A DNA stretch of 59,187 nt, filler included. It is 4 parts of 4 records of this genome, joined end to end, with 100 filler letters (N's around TTAATTAATTAA, not from the genome) between each part and the next. Parts side by side here need not be neighbours in the genome. Positions count along the whole stretch, not along the records: positions 1 to 24,585 come from SRR20825019_1129; positions 24,686 to 36,207 come from SRR20825019_1134; 2 more parts are not named here. The stretch is one strand, 5' to 3'. Of the stretch, positions 14,301 through 26,886 are shown in pieces. The notes beneath the pieces are model-generated. The model saw only the letters and a list, made by a program, of their open reading frames with translations. It was not told where the DNA came from and made no database searches. Position 1 is the first letter of the stretch. The number at the start of each line of letters is the position of its first letter. A program made the position numbers and the translations under genes.

Positions 14301-17300
14301 GCATCCATGAGCTGTAACGGAATACATCATGCTGCCGTGAGTGCACGCATCGCACGAGGGTTAGCTTCCCATCTCACCATTTTTCAGAACCGGTCACGGG
14401 TGCTGCGCCTTATCCTTTCCGATAAGAAGCAGAAGGGCGGCACGGATGCCACCCTCGATGCGGTATTCCTCTCTGAGGAGCTGCTATACCAGGGGGATGT
14501 TGTCGTGGACATCATCGTGACGGACAAGGTGTCTGGCGAGACCCTCAAGCTTGCCCAGTACAAGGAGACTGCTGATTCGGTTATGAGAGTTGACTCGGAT
14601 TCCTGCTCGGGGTCTGAACAGGTAAGGGCCTCCGGCTTGGGAAACGCCGGGATCTCACATTGAACCAGCTCCTTCAATATTATGTGGCCCTCGTCGATAT
14701 GTTGGTGACGCTATGCGAAGGACGGAACTTCGATGCGCAACTGGCGCTTTTTGAGAGATGGTGCGTGGTCACCGAATGTCTCCTCCGCGTACACTAAGTA
14801 GCATGTGCAGTCCAATGGAGGTGAGCCTGGTTAGCCTGTTGGGCAAGGCGGAGTCGCCCCACCTCCCGCAGATCGTTCGCTCCACCGCGCTGCAGTTGTT
14901 GGCGGTGATATACTTGGAAACACTCCAGGTGGACGGCCCCTTCGTCGACACGCTTCTGCTGTGGCCAGACGCGATGCAGCACACCAAATATGCCCCCTCT
15001 AATCAGCACCAGCACCAGCCGCAAGGGAGAACCTCAATTCCTGAATCAGATGGAGGGACCCCCTCGAAGTCCAAATTTATTCGCCGGGCTAGTCGCTACA
15101 GTGTAGTACTGGAACAGCAGGTCGACAAGAGCCGCGTGCGATCATTCTGTCACGATTACATGAAGGCGCTGGCTTTGGTAACTTTGCGTATTCTTCCATG
15201 CCCCGGTCAGCCTTGTTGACACGTGTCTTGCGCCAGGAGTCGGGTATGTCCGAGGGGCAGGCGGCAATGATCGTGGCGGTGTGCCGCGTGCTGAACGCGA
15301 TCATCACCAAAGACAAGAAGATCGCCGATGCGGAGAGTAACGCGAGGGTCTACAACAAGTGGCTTCAGATGGGCATCATCGAGGTGCATATTAACAAACA
15401 TCTTGTCGTATTTGTTGATTCCGATCTGACCGTCTGTCCCCATGTCAATATAGCTTGTTTGCGAGCTCATGTCTATAGCTTCCACGAGCTGCTCCGATCG
15501 CAGTCACCCTGCCCGTGACGCCGTTGCCAAGGTGAGTACCGAGGAGTGGGGGAGGGGGCGCACTCCGGGTAGCGGTCATGGCGATGGGATGGGAATCTTG
15601 AAAGCGCTGACCTCTGACGGCCGGCGCAGGCCACCAACGAGCTGTGCGGGCTGCTGACGCTGTTGATTCAAGTTCGTCAGAACATCGGTATGGCGGCTGT
15701 GTACGATGAGTTCATCAAGGTATCTGTTACTGTTGGACTTGTTCTGTTGGGTGGCCTGACACACCTCCGGCAGCTTCATGATGATCACCAAAGGAAGTTT
15801 AAGGAGGTGTACAAGCATGTTAACTCGAATCCCCGGCAATTTGTAAGCCGGCGGGAGCAAATTATCCAGGAAGTCTCAGGGGCCAAGCCCGAGCGAGTGT
15901 ACAATTTCATCACGGCGGCACACTCGGCCATGGTGTGGGGACAGGTGAGTTCCTGCTGCGTCCAATGAGTTATCATGCAGCTGATCCTGCCTGAAGGACA
16001 ATATCCTTCACCTCAGGAAGCGGGTGTGGAAGAGCGGCGGTCTGAGCCAGAATCTGCTTGCCAATGAGGGTATCATTGGTGCGCTCTTCAAGGCATTTGC
16101 GCTGGACTCCAGCTCGTCCCTCTCGGCTCATGTGCTCAAGTTGATCTATGTCGTGAAGCTGGAGAAAATCCAGGTGGCTGTCCTTGCCCTCGTCCACCGG
16201 CCCTAACTGACCGCAACCCCTCTTGCAGCTGCTCATGCTGTTGTACCCCACACAAATCCTCGTTCTTCCTCACATCATCGACTGCTATCTCAGCGTGCGC
16301 AATGTGGTGAAGGAGCTGACGTGGATGGTCATGAATGTCGGGCAGAGCAAGGAGATCATGGGCGATCTCGAGACGAAGTGAGCAGGGTCATGGCGTGGAA
16401 TCGCGCGTGGGATCACTGACTGTCCGGCGCAGCATTGACTCCCTGACATCGGTCTTTGGTGCCAACTCGAGGGGCGGGGCTCGGTTTCACGACGTGCTGA
16501 GGTCAATCGGGGGCCACCTGCCCATCCTGCAGTTGATCTCGTTACTTGCCCCTCAGTTGTTTGGGGATGCCCAGGCAGCACCGAGTGAGCACCAGCTTCT
16601 CGACAAGTCCGTGGCAGACCGCAAGGATATCAGAAGAATTCTAGGTCAGAGGTATGGCGTCGGCGCCGGAACTCCTTATTAATGGGGTGTGTTGCAGTGA
16701 TGTGTTACGCGTTCGTGGGCGAGTTCTGCGACAAAAACGCGGTGAACCAGGGCCTGCTGGCCAACCAAATCGACACCCTGCTCCCCCCGTCCTTCCAGAC
16801 CCAAGGTGATGAAACGCCCCAGCCTTCGACTAAAAGTGGTTTTGACACTCGCACGCAGACGCGCAAGGCGAAATAGTCTTCCGCGCCCTAGTAAGAGCTC
16901 TGATGAGAGTCTACGAGGGCAACCCAGCCTTGGCCCAACACTCGCCGGAGGCGGTGGTCCGCGCGGTGAGCTGGCTGTCGCTTGGAACCACCCGGCAGTC
17001 GCTATATCTGTCGTTTTTGGAGCTCCTCATGATCCCTGCCCGCGATACCTGCATTAAGGAGAAGCAGGACCAGGTGATGCGTTTCCTGTCGGAAGATTTT
17101 CAGCATGTACGGATGTGATGCCGTATAGTCTGATTCCGACAATACTGACTGGTGTGATTCAGGTCTTCACGTGGTCGAAGGGATCAACATCCAAGCCTCT
17201 TCCCGAGGCACCTTACTTCTCCATCCGGCCGGGGGCGATGTCGGAGAGCATGAGTTATCACATCTCTACGGTCAGTCTCCTCGCCGCAGCTTCAGAGAAC

Positions 17301-20300
17301 CACCCGCTCAACCGCATGACCTCGAGACATTTTCTGTATGACAACTATATGCCCCGTATCAGTGCTTGTATCTGATGGGGTTCTGCAGGCCGTTCGATGT
17401 CATATCCAAGTCGATCCTGGGGCTCATCGGCTCCGACTTCAATTTGAGGCGTAAGAGAAGCTCCGGCTTGTCGCTTGCGGCGAAGGTCATGACAACTGCC
17501 AAACGACTGCGGCTGGAAGAAATGCTAGGTTTGTCGTGGCTGTGGCCAATCCGTCCTCGGTGTGCTCACTATTTGCACAGAAGAGGATGCCGGGCCGCCC
17601 TCGGTCTCCTTGCAGGAGTCGAAGGTGAAGGCCCAGTCGCCGACCCCTCGGGATTCGAGGAACAATAAGATCTTATCGTAAGTGTTTGTGATTCATTGAG
17701 TTACGCGATGGAAATTTTACCATTTTCCAGGAAACTGACGAAGGGGAACGCGACCTCGGCAACAGAGACGAGCCCCTACAACCCCTCGCACCTCCGCCGT
17801 GCGCAGACCAAGCGCGGCTCCATGTGGCAGGCCATGGGCGAAGACATGGCGGATAAGACGCTTGACGAGGGTAGTTTCAACGTGAGGCCTGCTGGTGATG
17901 TGCTGCCGTCCGGTCCCTCTCTGACAAGTGGCCGTATTTGTAGTTCCTGGGCTGTCTCCGGGCGTATCTCCGGGCGCTGAAGAACCTATATGTGACCGCG
18001 GCGGAGGAGCTGTCCTCGTCGGAGCTGGATTACCTGATGGACCCCATCCTGTGGTGAGTGCAAGTGCCCCGCCACCCCTGCGGTCGATCCTAATGCGCAT
18101 TGCAGGTATGGAGACAACCGTGGCGTCAGGGGATTGCTTGAATTGTTCTGCGTGCTCGTCAATACGGTGGTCGGCGACTCCTCGGACTCGACTGCATTCG
18201 GGCAGGTGGTGAACCACTTCTCCATCTCCCGGCAGAGGCGAATTGACATCCTCCTGGACGACCTCGCCCCGGTCGTTTGCATGTTCTATGAACTGGTTCA
18301 GTCTGGCCAATTCGGCTGGCACGGTAGGTCCCATCGGCCGGGTTGCCGCTTCTGGTGCTCACTCCATCTCCAGGGGACGGGCAGCCTAGCCCGCCGGATG
18401 GCATGCTGATCTCCATTAACGCGCCTTCTCTCGCCGGTTGGAAGACCGCTGAGTTCCGCCCCCTCAGGGCCCGTATGGACGTGCAGGTCGGTCGCGCGGT
18501 CATACTTCTGTCTCGCATCACTGCGACGAATCTGGTCAAGAACACCGCCATGCATCGGCAGACAATCTCCCAGCTGGCCTCGGTCCTTCACGAGTCCAAT
18601 GCGCTCCCATTCCTTGGGACAGATGACGGGATGACACTCGTGCAGAAGCTGCAGAAAAGGTTGTATAGTTCGATAAGGGCCAACCTCGAAAGCTGACCAA
18701 TGTATTGATTCGCAGCGGGGGCACCGAAGTCGGGATTCATGTAGTCATTCGGTCTTTGTGGCAGCACTGGCTCGACGATTACAGCGAGGCGCTCGACATA
18801 TCTCGTGACCGTCTAGTAGGAATAGGGTTCATGGCCATCGCCCGCTTCATCGGAAAGGATTCCAACCAACACGTCCTCAGCCGGATGATCACTCTGATCA
18901 CAAACAATCACAGCAAGTTCACGTCGTAAGGCCGCATCACACCGGCCCATTGTCCCACTACTAATCATATTGCAGCATGGATCTGGTCATATCGCTGCGT
19001 ATCCTTCACATCTTCGTGTACGCCCCGAGTGATCCCAAGTCCACCGAGGATCAGGTGAAGCGCGCCTTCGGTGCTTACATGGCTCATGAGAGCCCGATCA
19101 CCCCGCTCTCGGCCGTGCACCGCGCTCAGAGCATTCTTGTAAACACGGGTAGGTGGTTGTAATCATCAGGGTTGAAGTGTCGACTGAAGGCGCGCTGTCT
19201 AGGGATTATGAGGATGATATCATCACTTGTGTCCATTGGACACTCGGAAGTGACCAGGCACTGCTTGAAACTACTAATCACCCTGGCGGATAATTGGGAC
19301 CCGCGGACCGCGCTGAAGTTGTCTTCGGACTTGGAGAACCCGGAAAATGAGGCCTTTTTCGCCTATGTTGACGGAACCCTACGACATGCGCGGGAGGTAA
19401 TGGACTGGACGCGCCATCGTGCCTCGTTCTGAGTCTTGTTCTCTCCAGGGTTATGAGACTTTATGGGGCAGCATCGAGTCGCGATCATCCACACCTGACC
19501 TCCTTGTTGAAACGTTTGAACCGCTGTTTGTCAAGAATGCGGACACCACTAACATGTTGAAAATGCTTACCGTGATCTGCCAAGGTCATGACGTAGGCAT
19601 CCCTGACGTTCTGCGGTTGGAGGGCGGCGGCCGGGACCTCATCCAAGCATCCGTTGACTTTGCGGTTGCTGCCATCAGCCCGCTGTGTTACATGATCTCC
19701 GAGGCGGACAGCCGGCTGGGACTAGACAGGCTGGTGGTGGCGATTTTCAAGCTGCTTGAAGCCGTGATGAATTTCCACAACGATGCCAACAGGTAAGGGT
19801 GTTTTCTGTGCAGTAGGATATGTGTTGAGGTACTGTCACAGGGCACTCATTGTCAAGTCGCCTCTTTTCCGTGTGATGAGCGGGGTGTTCGATCATCTGT
19901 CGCATAACAGTGGCTCTTTGCTCAAGACTCAAAAGCTCTCAGTTAAGCTAGCGTTCATCAGCATGCTCAACGAGGTCCTGACTAACCTGGTAATGAATTC
20001 CCGATGTTTGGGTTGCACTGCAATTAATTCTTGCTTCCGTAGCGGGATGCGAACCTCGTCCACAAGGTGACGGTGGAAGTGTCGTGGCACCGGATACTCG
20101 CAGATGCGGAGGATATGTCAACGGTAAGAGACCCACGACCATCGAGATGTCTTGGCGACTGATGGGCAGCGGGTGCTAGATATTGAAGAGAGTAGGGCAC
20201 CAAATCCACCCTCCTCCCGGCGAGATGAACGCCAAGAAGGCCAAGGAGATGTTAGGCTCCACACTGCAGGAGATGACTATGTTGCTGTTGCGCGTGGGCG

Positions 20301-22478
20301 TCGTCGAGCGTGTGGCGCATTCGATGGCGCCGGAGCCCAATGATCCCACTGCCGACATTGCCCAGGCCCATGAGATCTGCCCCGTAAAGGTTGGTGCTTT
20401 ACTCCGTGGACACAAAGGAGGGGGGCTGTAATTGTTGACACGTGGCAACTAGGGATGCGGGAGGAAGAAGAGGTGCCGGGGCTACTGTTTGGACCATGGC
20501 GTCACTTACAGTTCGTCGTCGGCTCTATCCGCGGTGCTTGATACATTTATCTCGGTGGAGCTGGTGAGCAGCACTGGCTCCATCAACCGCGTTTTCTTCA
20601 GGCTGCCGGCGTCGTTGCGCGCGATCACATCCGACAAGCCCTACCGCCAGAAGTGCCTCGACTATCTCTACCAGGTCCCTCGCGACAATCCCAAAGAAAA
20701 GGCTGCCGCATATGTCATGCGGATGGTTCATGTTGCGCATCAAAGCATCCACCGCCGGGAGGTCCTGAAGGTCTGGTGGAAGCGCTTACTCATCAAGTTT
20801 TCCTCGGTCATATTCGGTGAGGATGGAGGTGGTGGGCCCCGTAACGCGGGCTGATGTTGTGCGTGATACCAGTGATGCCGTTCGTAATAGCCGTCATCAT
20901 GAGCTTCATATCGGTGCTCTTCTACGAAGGTAGTGTCACCTCATACATGTCACCCCACGGGCCTTATCCTAGTGCTGAGGCGCCTCTGCATAGGTTGGGA
21001 AACCGATCCCATCACACTGTTTGGGTCCGACTCGGAGTACTCGAACCAGGTGGCGTTTTATGCCTCATTTGGGCTTGGGGTTGTCCAGCTGGCGTTCTCA
21101 TTCCTCATGCTGGTGAGCTTCACCATGATCGATCTTCCGGTCAAGATCGGTGCGTCACACCCCTGCTCCACTCTGATGTGATAATGATGTGTTGTGATCC
21201 TCCACAGCTGTCAAGCAGTACCTTCATGGTAATGTCAAGAAGACCCTCTCGCCGTGGCCGCGGAAGGGCGGGGATGAGCGCCGGTTTGGGGCCTACTGGG
21301 CCTTCTTCGTGGACCGCGTTGCCGACACAGCCGTTCGACTCAACGTCATCATTGATCCTTTGACGTTCTACTTCTGCATCCATGTGGTGTGCAGGTGAGC
21401 AAGCCCACCCGGGCTATCGGTTAGTTTTGACGTCTCATTCTGCAGTCTTTGCGCCTTGCTTCTGAGCCCGTACTTTTACGTAAGAATGCCCCGCCGCCTG
21501 TGTCCTTTAGTCACTGAAAACATGGAATAGATCTACCACTTGCTTGACATGTACCGGTTTAAGACGGTGCAGGAAACGTTGGGTTCCATCACGGTCAATT
21601 TCAAGAAGCTCGTCGAGATTAGGTTGGACCTGTGCACTCGAAAATGTTACCCTGTTCCCTACTCACGTGGCCGTCCAGCTTCCTCGGGCTGCTGTGTCTC
21701 TATGCCTTCACAGTTCTAGCGCTGGCGGTCATGCCCAAGCTGCTACAGACGGAGTGCACCACCGTGTACATGTGCTTCGTTCAAATCCTGACAACATGGG
21801 ATGATCCCTCTCTGATCTACAACAGGCCGACGTACCAGGCCCACTTCTGGGAAGACGGACGCGACTTCGGCTGGGCCGCGTACTACTTCTCGTGTATGTT
21901 CCGCGCCGTTCGGGCCTTGATCCATCGTTGCGTTCCTGATCTAACGCTATCGTGCAGACACAATGTTTGCTTCAGTGTTCTTTACTGGCGGTAAGTCATC
22001 GAAAACTGCATATCCTCAAGTTCTAACACATGGACGCGTAGTGATTCAGGGTATTGTGAGTACCGGCATCATTCTTCATCCGAGGCACTGGCACCGTAGT
22101 GACCCATGTTCTTCCACAGATTTTCGATACCTTCGGGCAGATTCGTGATGACAACACACGCGCCAAGGATGACTTGAACACGAAATGCTTCGTCTGCTCG
22201 CTGACACGCTTTGAACTGGACCAGCGCGGAACACAGTTTTCCGACCATGTGGAGTTTGAGCACCACCCGTGGTCATACGTTCAGGTCAGTGTGGATGGAG
22301 TGTGAGATGGCAACGCGAGCGGTGTGATTCTGACGATCATGTGCAGTTTGTGATGTACATATTCACCAAGGATCCCCAGACGGACACCAGCCTCGAGCGG
22401 GAGGTGCGGAACGCATTGGACTCCGGGAGCCTATCCTTTATTCCAGTCATGCGTGCACTATGTCTCCCCTTTGACTAG
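11305..22478 (+). CDS. ITPR: Inositol 1,4,5-trisphosphate receptor / ryanodine receptor family Ca2+-release channel; many exons
   Basis: N-terminal LKYGDVISL, PPRWTMCLFEVLP, VRFGSVIQLRHVVTG. MIR-like ALWDVE and VRFGERYRLRHALTGRYL. RIH-like CYRLL. Transmembrane region ~20750-22120. C-terminal IFDTFGQIR...KCFVCSL...HVEFEHHPWSY...FIPVMRALCL mirrors IP3R IIDTFADLR...TCFICGL...HIKEEHNMWHY...WFPRMRAMSL. Confidence 0.9.
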
Positions 22479-22684
22479 TCACGATGCGAACTGAACGAGG
22501 AGATGTTTGGAAATTATATTACATTGAGGGTGGCCTATCCCATGAGGTTCTTGAAGTTGTTCACAATGACCACCTCCACCTCATCTTGGCTTGTGAGCGA
22601 GCTACTGCGCAGTGGCTGCCGCCCAGATCTGCAAGGGAATTCATCGATAAGTGCCAAGCGGGATGCCCTGATATTAAACCTATC

Positions 22685-24585
22685 TTACCCCTGTAGAATG
22701 GAGTACCTACTCCTGCGGCGCTGCTTGACCAGCTTGTATTTGATGGTCTTCATGACGCACAGCGTGATACAGAAGCCGGCAACCACCGTGACCGCCAATG
22801 AGGCAACTACGACACAGAATGTGTACTTGAAGTCCCACGGGTTATCGTCCTCGCCATCATTAGAGGTCTTCCAGATGGAGTTGATGCCATATACATTGAG
22901 TTCCACTGCGGCGTGAAGGTCAGGTCCTGTCGTTGTGACTAACTGCCCACTCACCTAGCTCCGCTTTGTATGGAGATGGAGTGTTGCAGGATTGGACAGC
23001 AGTTGATAAGTTGGCTCTTCCTGGGTCCTTGTAGGCCCGGGCCGTCAGAGCGAGAAGGTCGTTCGCAAATATCTGATTACCGAGTCAGCCTCCCTGAACT
23101 CATGAGACGCGCACCACAGCAGTGAAATCGCCCACCTCGATAGTGCTACGGTCCACGATGACCCGCCCATAGAGCGAGTACGTGCCTTCAGATGTCTCGC
23201 GCACTGGCACAACACCCTCCTGAAACATATGGGGTCAGCATTCTCTTGGAAGAGCAGCGAAGACTACCGTGGAACCCCAAAACTACACACCAGATTCGAA
23301 CAGTCGGCACGGCCTTCGGCGCAGGCGCGGAGGTTTGAGTTCTCAAGGTCCACCAGGACCTTGACACAAATGTGCTTGGGCATCATATTCTTGACGTTCG
23401 CAAACGAGCAATCGATGTCCTTGGGGAGGGGCACAAAGTACACCCCAACGCCGGCAAGGCCACTCTTGTTAGTGAGGAGAGAAATCTTAACTCGTGGGAA
23501 ACATTGTTCGTTGGTCCTGTGGTCTGGTCAGGGCATGTTTCACCCTAATGTGGGGCGAGGGTGGTCTCATACTCGCCAGTCTCCGTGAACACCGCTTCGA
23601 ATGGAATATCGACATACTCGCCAGCAATATCCTTTCCTTTAACCTTGCTGGGAATGACTGCCAATCACATATTATTCAGTCAGGCACCCTACCGCCTTGG
23701 CGTACAAAGGCAACGTACTGTTGATCGTGTGTGATTCCTTCACGCTCGTGATCTGAACGGAGTCTCCGCGCAGCTCATCGAATTCCCGAATGGGCTTGAT
23801 GCCTAGACACAGTTTCCACAAGCGCACCACCACACGCGAACCAGCGAAAGACGCGGAAGGGAACAATGCGATTGGCGGGCAAGGTCAGTTGGGCATCACG
23901 GTAACGATGTAAGCGCACACACCTAGCACCATGGGCTTGGGGAGGAAGTCTGAGGCGAACACCTGGCGCGGAATGCCAAGTGCACCGCTGAATCCCGTCT
24001 CCTTCACCCCTTCGACGTAAGCCTCCGGAACCCACCCGACAATGATGTGACGCCCATCCGCATGGTGGTCGAACGACGTGACTGCGTACAGAATCCCATG
24101 GTCCAATAAGCCGCTGGTCCCGCTATTTTGTACAAGTTAGAGCGTTCGGGGCCCTCCCACGCACCGTAATGACTCACTGCCTGGTGGCGAGGCGGCCATC
24201 CTCATTCCCAAGGCCACTCATCCAATACGCGCTGCGGTTCAGTCGCGTGGGCCCGGGCTCCACTCCCATCGTCAGGAACGTGTACTCGGAGCGGGACTTG
24301 TCATCGCCTTTTGAGATGGGGGCGTGCACTGTGCATTTACAATACAATACCATCAGTCCGGGGGCACACACGTCGGCTCCGGGCGCAACCCACCTTCTGT
24401 CACACACTCCCAGTTGATGGATTTCTCACAAAGGTCCGTCTTGATGGACTTGCTGTCTTCTTCAATCATTGAGCCGTCGTAGCTCCATTTGCTCAAGTCG
24501 AAGCCTTTGGTGGTGTACACGAATGCCTCCCCGCCCTCTTTCTGCTTCAAGCGTAAGATGGTGTCCACTCAATGCATCCCCCCCC
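22685..24585 (-). CDS. Glycoside hydrolase family 32 (invertase/fructanase-like) with C-terminal transmembrane anchor; spliced, 5' partial
   Basis: NWEC catalytic-type motif, DHGILYAVTSFD..DGRHIIVGW, FSGALGIPRQV, beta-sandwich VIVDRSTIEV, then hydrophobic FCVVVASLAVTVVAGFCITLCVM and a basic tail. Confidence 0.8.
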
Positions 24586-24685
24586 NNNNNNNNNNNNNNN
24601 NNNNNNNNNNNNNNNNNNNNNNNNNNNNNTTAATTAATTAANNNNNNNNNNNNNNNNNNNNNNNNNNNNNNNNNNNNNNNNNNNN
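24586..24685. other. Artificial contig spacer
   Basis: 44 N + TTAATTAATTAA (stops in all six frames) + 44 N. Confidence 0.99.
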
Positions 24686-24717
24686 CGGGGATGCGTCAGC
24701 ATCTTCGCGCCTTGGGA

Positions 24718-25536
24718 TTATTGTCCCGTCGTCGGAATTTCCTCGGTGACGACTTCGAACTGACGGAGAATGGCGGGACCGAAGGCTGTCGACATCGCCA
24801 CATCGGTCGCATCGCGACCCGTCCCCATGAGGATACGGCCGATACGCGGTTTGTTGTGGCGGGCATCGACCGTATACCAGCGTCCGCCGAGATAGACTTC
24901 CATCCACGCGCTGAAATCCATCGGGTTCGGATCCCTTGGTACGCCGATGTCACCGAGATAACCGGTGCAATAGCGCGCCGGAATGTTCATGCAGCGGCAA
25001 AGCGTGATGGCGAGATGGGCATAGTCGCGGCAGACCCCGACACCATCGGTAAAACCGCCAAAGGCGGTCCTGAACGGGTCGGCCTTCATGTAGTCGAACG
25101 CGATCCGCTGATGGGCAAAGTCGAGGATCGCGGCGACGCGCGGCCAGCCGAGCGGCGTGTGCGAGAAGGCCTTCCAGGCGAAATCCGCAAGACGGTCGGT
25201 ATCGCAGTAGCGGCTGCCGAGCAGGTAGACCAGCACTTCGTCGGGCAGTTCGTTGATCTGGTGTTGAACGGCGCCGAATGGAATGGGGTCGGGCAGGCCG
25301 CTATCGTAAATCTCGAACGCGGTGGAAATGGTCGTCCGGCCGGGAGGCGCGACGATGCGGTTGCAGGCATTTCCGAAAACATCGGTATAGGCCCACACAT
25401 CGATCGGGCGGTCGAAAGACAGAACCTGCTCCGTCAACAGATCCGCCCGGCGAGCGGGCAATACATTGAGAACCAGCAACATCGGGGTCGGCTGCTCGCA
25501 ATCGTAGCCGATATGGAAACCCGCGCGTATCTTCAT
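24718..25536 (-). CDS. Transglutaminase-like (cysteine protease fold) protein
   Basis: YLLGSRYCDTD, GVCRDYAHLAITLCRCMNIPARYCTGY, DFSAW, GRDATDVA. Confidence 0.92.
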   Translation of the reverse strand: MKIRAGFHIGYDCEQPTPMLLVLNVLPARRADLLTEQVLSFDRPIDVWAYTDVFGNACNRIVAPPGRTTISTAFEIYDSGLPDPIPFGAVQHQINELPDEVLVYLLGSRYCDTDRLADFAWKAFSHTPLGWPRVAAILDFAHQRIAFDYMKADPFRTAFGGFTDGVGVCRDYAHLAITLCRCMNIPARYCTGYLGDIGVPRDPNPMDFSAWMEVYLGGRWYTVDARHNKPRIGRILMGTGRDATDVAMSTAFGPAILRQFEVVTEEIPTTGQ

Positions 25537-25682
25537 GTTCTGACTGTTCCTTGCTCTGATTGACCGGCCGCTTTTCAGACATAACGCGGCAGTGTGTCAT
25601 TCCGCCCGGTTGACCGGTGAAAGAAACGATCCTGTTCCGCCGACGCGACTTCGCGTGCTGTGTCGGAAACCGCCCGGCGCCG

Positions 25683-26579
25683 TCAGCTGGCCGCGCTCAT
25701 GGCGCCTTGCCGCGTGGTAACGTTGACCTGCACGTCCATACTGTCGAAATCGAGAGGCCCGCCGTCGTAGCTGCCCGAAAGCGGAACCGCCTGGCCCGGA
25801 TCCCTGGCGATGCCGACACGGATGAGATCGCGATTGCCGACGATACCATTGGTCGGATCGAACTCCACCCATCCCGCGCCGGGCAGATAGACCTGGCACC
25901 AGGCATGGGTCGAGCCGCCGCCCAGGGTCAGCGACCCGTCACGGTCCGGAACATAGATATAGCCGGTCACGAAACTGGCCGCCAAGCCGAGCGAACGGGC
26001 AGCCTCCATCATCAAAAGCGCAAAGTCGCGGCATGTGCCGCTGCGCAGCCTGAGCGTTTCGCAAGGCGTCTGGATGCCGTATTCGCTGCGCCGGACGTAG
26101 CTGAAACTCTCCCTGATCCCGTTGCACAGCGTCATCAGCACGTGGCCGGTGCGCGCCGCACCCCCGTAGGGCACGAACCGCTTCGCCCAGTTCACGACTT
26201 CGTCGTCGGGATCGGGATAGTGCCGGGCAATGGTCCGCTCAAGATCGATGGTCTCGTCCGGATCATAGGAAAACGGGAACCGAAATGCCCGCTGATCCAT
26301 TTCCAGGTCGAGCGGAATATGCGCTGTGTGATCGACCTCGATCGTGGTTTCGAACCGTAACTCCGCTGCGCGATTATCGACGTCGACAAGGGCGATACAA
26401 TTGCCGAAAACGTCATGAATCCAGCGCACGCCGGCCGGCTGAGGAAGGACTTTCACCGTGCAGCTCAAAAGCGTCTGGTCGAAACTGTCACGAGGCCGGA
26501 ACATCAGCCTGTGCCGTCCGAAGCCAACGGGGCGCTTGTAGCGATAGGTCGTGAGATGGCGAACCGAGAAGACCGTCAT
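25683..26579 (-). CDS. Transglutaminase-like protein with bacterial N-terminal domain
   Basis: Likely start MTVFSVRHLTTYRY at 26579. Cys-His-Asp triad motifs GTCRDFA, STHAW, EFDPTN. Confidence 0.92.
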   Translation of the reverse strand: MTVFSVRHLTTYRYKRPVGFGRHRLMFRPRDSFDQTLLSCTVKVLPQPAGVRWIHDVFGNCIALVDVDNRAAELRFETTIEVDHTAHIPLDLEMDQRAFRFPFSYDPDETIDLERTIARHYPDPDDEVVNWAKRFVPYGGAARTGHVLMTLCNGIRESFSYVRRSEYGIQTPCETLRLRSGTCRDFALLMMEAARSLGLAASFVTGYIYVPDRDGSLTLGGGSTHAWCQVYLPGAGWVEFDPTNGIVGNRDLIRVGIARDPGQAVPLSGSYDGGPLDFDSMDVQVNVTTRQGAMSAAS

Positions 26580-26640
26580 CCGATATCCAGATGTCCGGTC
26601 CGATGGCGCCATGATCGCAATCGACGGGTTGCCCGCCCCA

Positions 26641-26886
26641 TCATTTCGGATCGCGAGCGAGCGGATAACCCGGCGCATCGTAAAGCATCCGGATCTGCCG
26701 GTCGTCGTAGCGGCTTTCGTCGACTTCCAGTACCGAGCCGCGCAACTGGCATCCATCCCTTTCCTCGACAGCGAAACGCACCGCTTCCGCAACCGTTTCG
26801 AACCGTTTGTAGCGGGGGCTGCGTTGACCCTTGGCCCTTCGGCCGGGATAGAGGGCAGCTTCGACCATGTAGTCGAATTCGTTCAT
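26641..26886 (-). CDS. Small conserved hypothetical protein of Rhizobiales type
   Basis: 81 aa with AGGA-like RBS. YKRFETVAEAVRFAVEE...LEVDESRY...LYDAPGYPL resembles a recurrent rhizobial small-protein family (recall, not searched). Confidence 0.75.
   Translation of the reverse strand: MNEFDYMVEAALYPGRRAKGQRSPRYKRFETVAEAVRFAVEERDGCQLRGSVLEVDESRYDDRQIRMLYDAPGYPLARDPK

Noticed and set aside
6972-22478. Fragmented ORFs suggesting pseudogenes, frameshifting or stop-codon reassignment
   Set aside because: The breaks I traced are explained by short GT-AG introns with CTRAY-like branch points. TAA, TAG and TGA all act as terminal stops.
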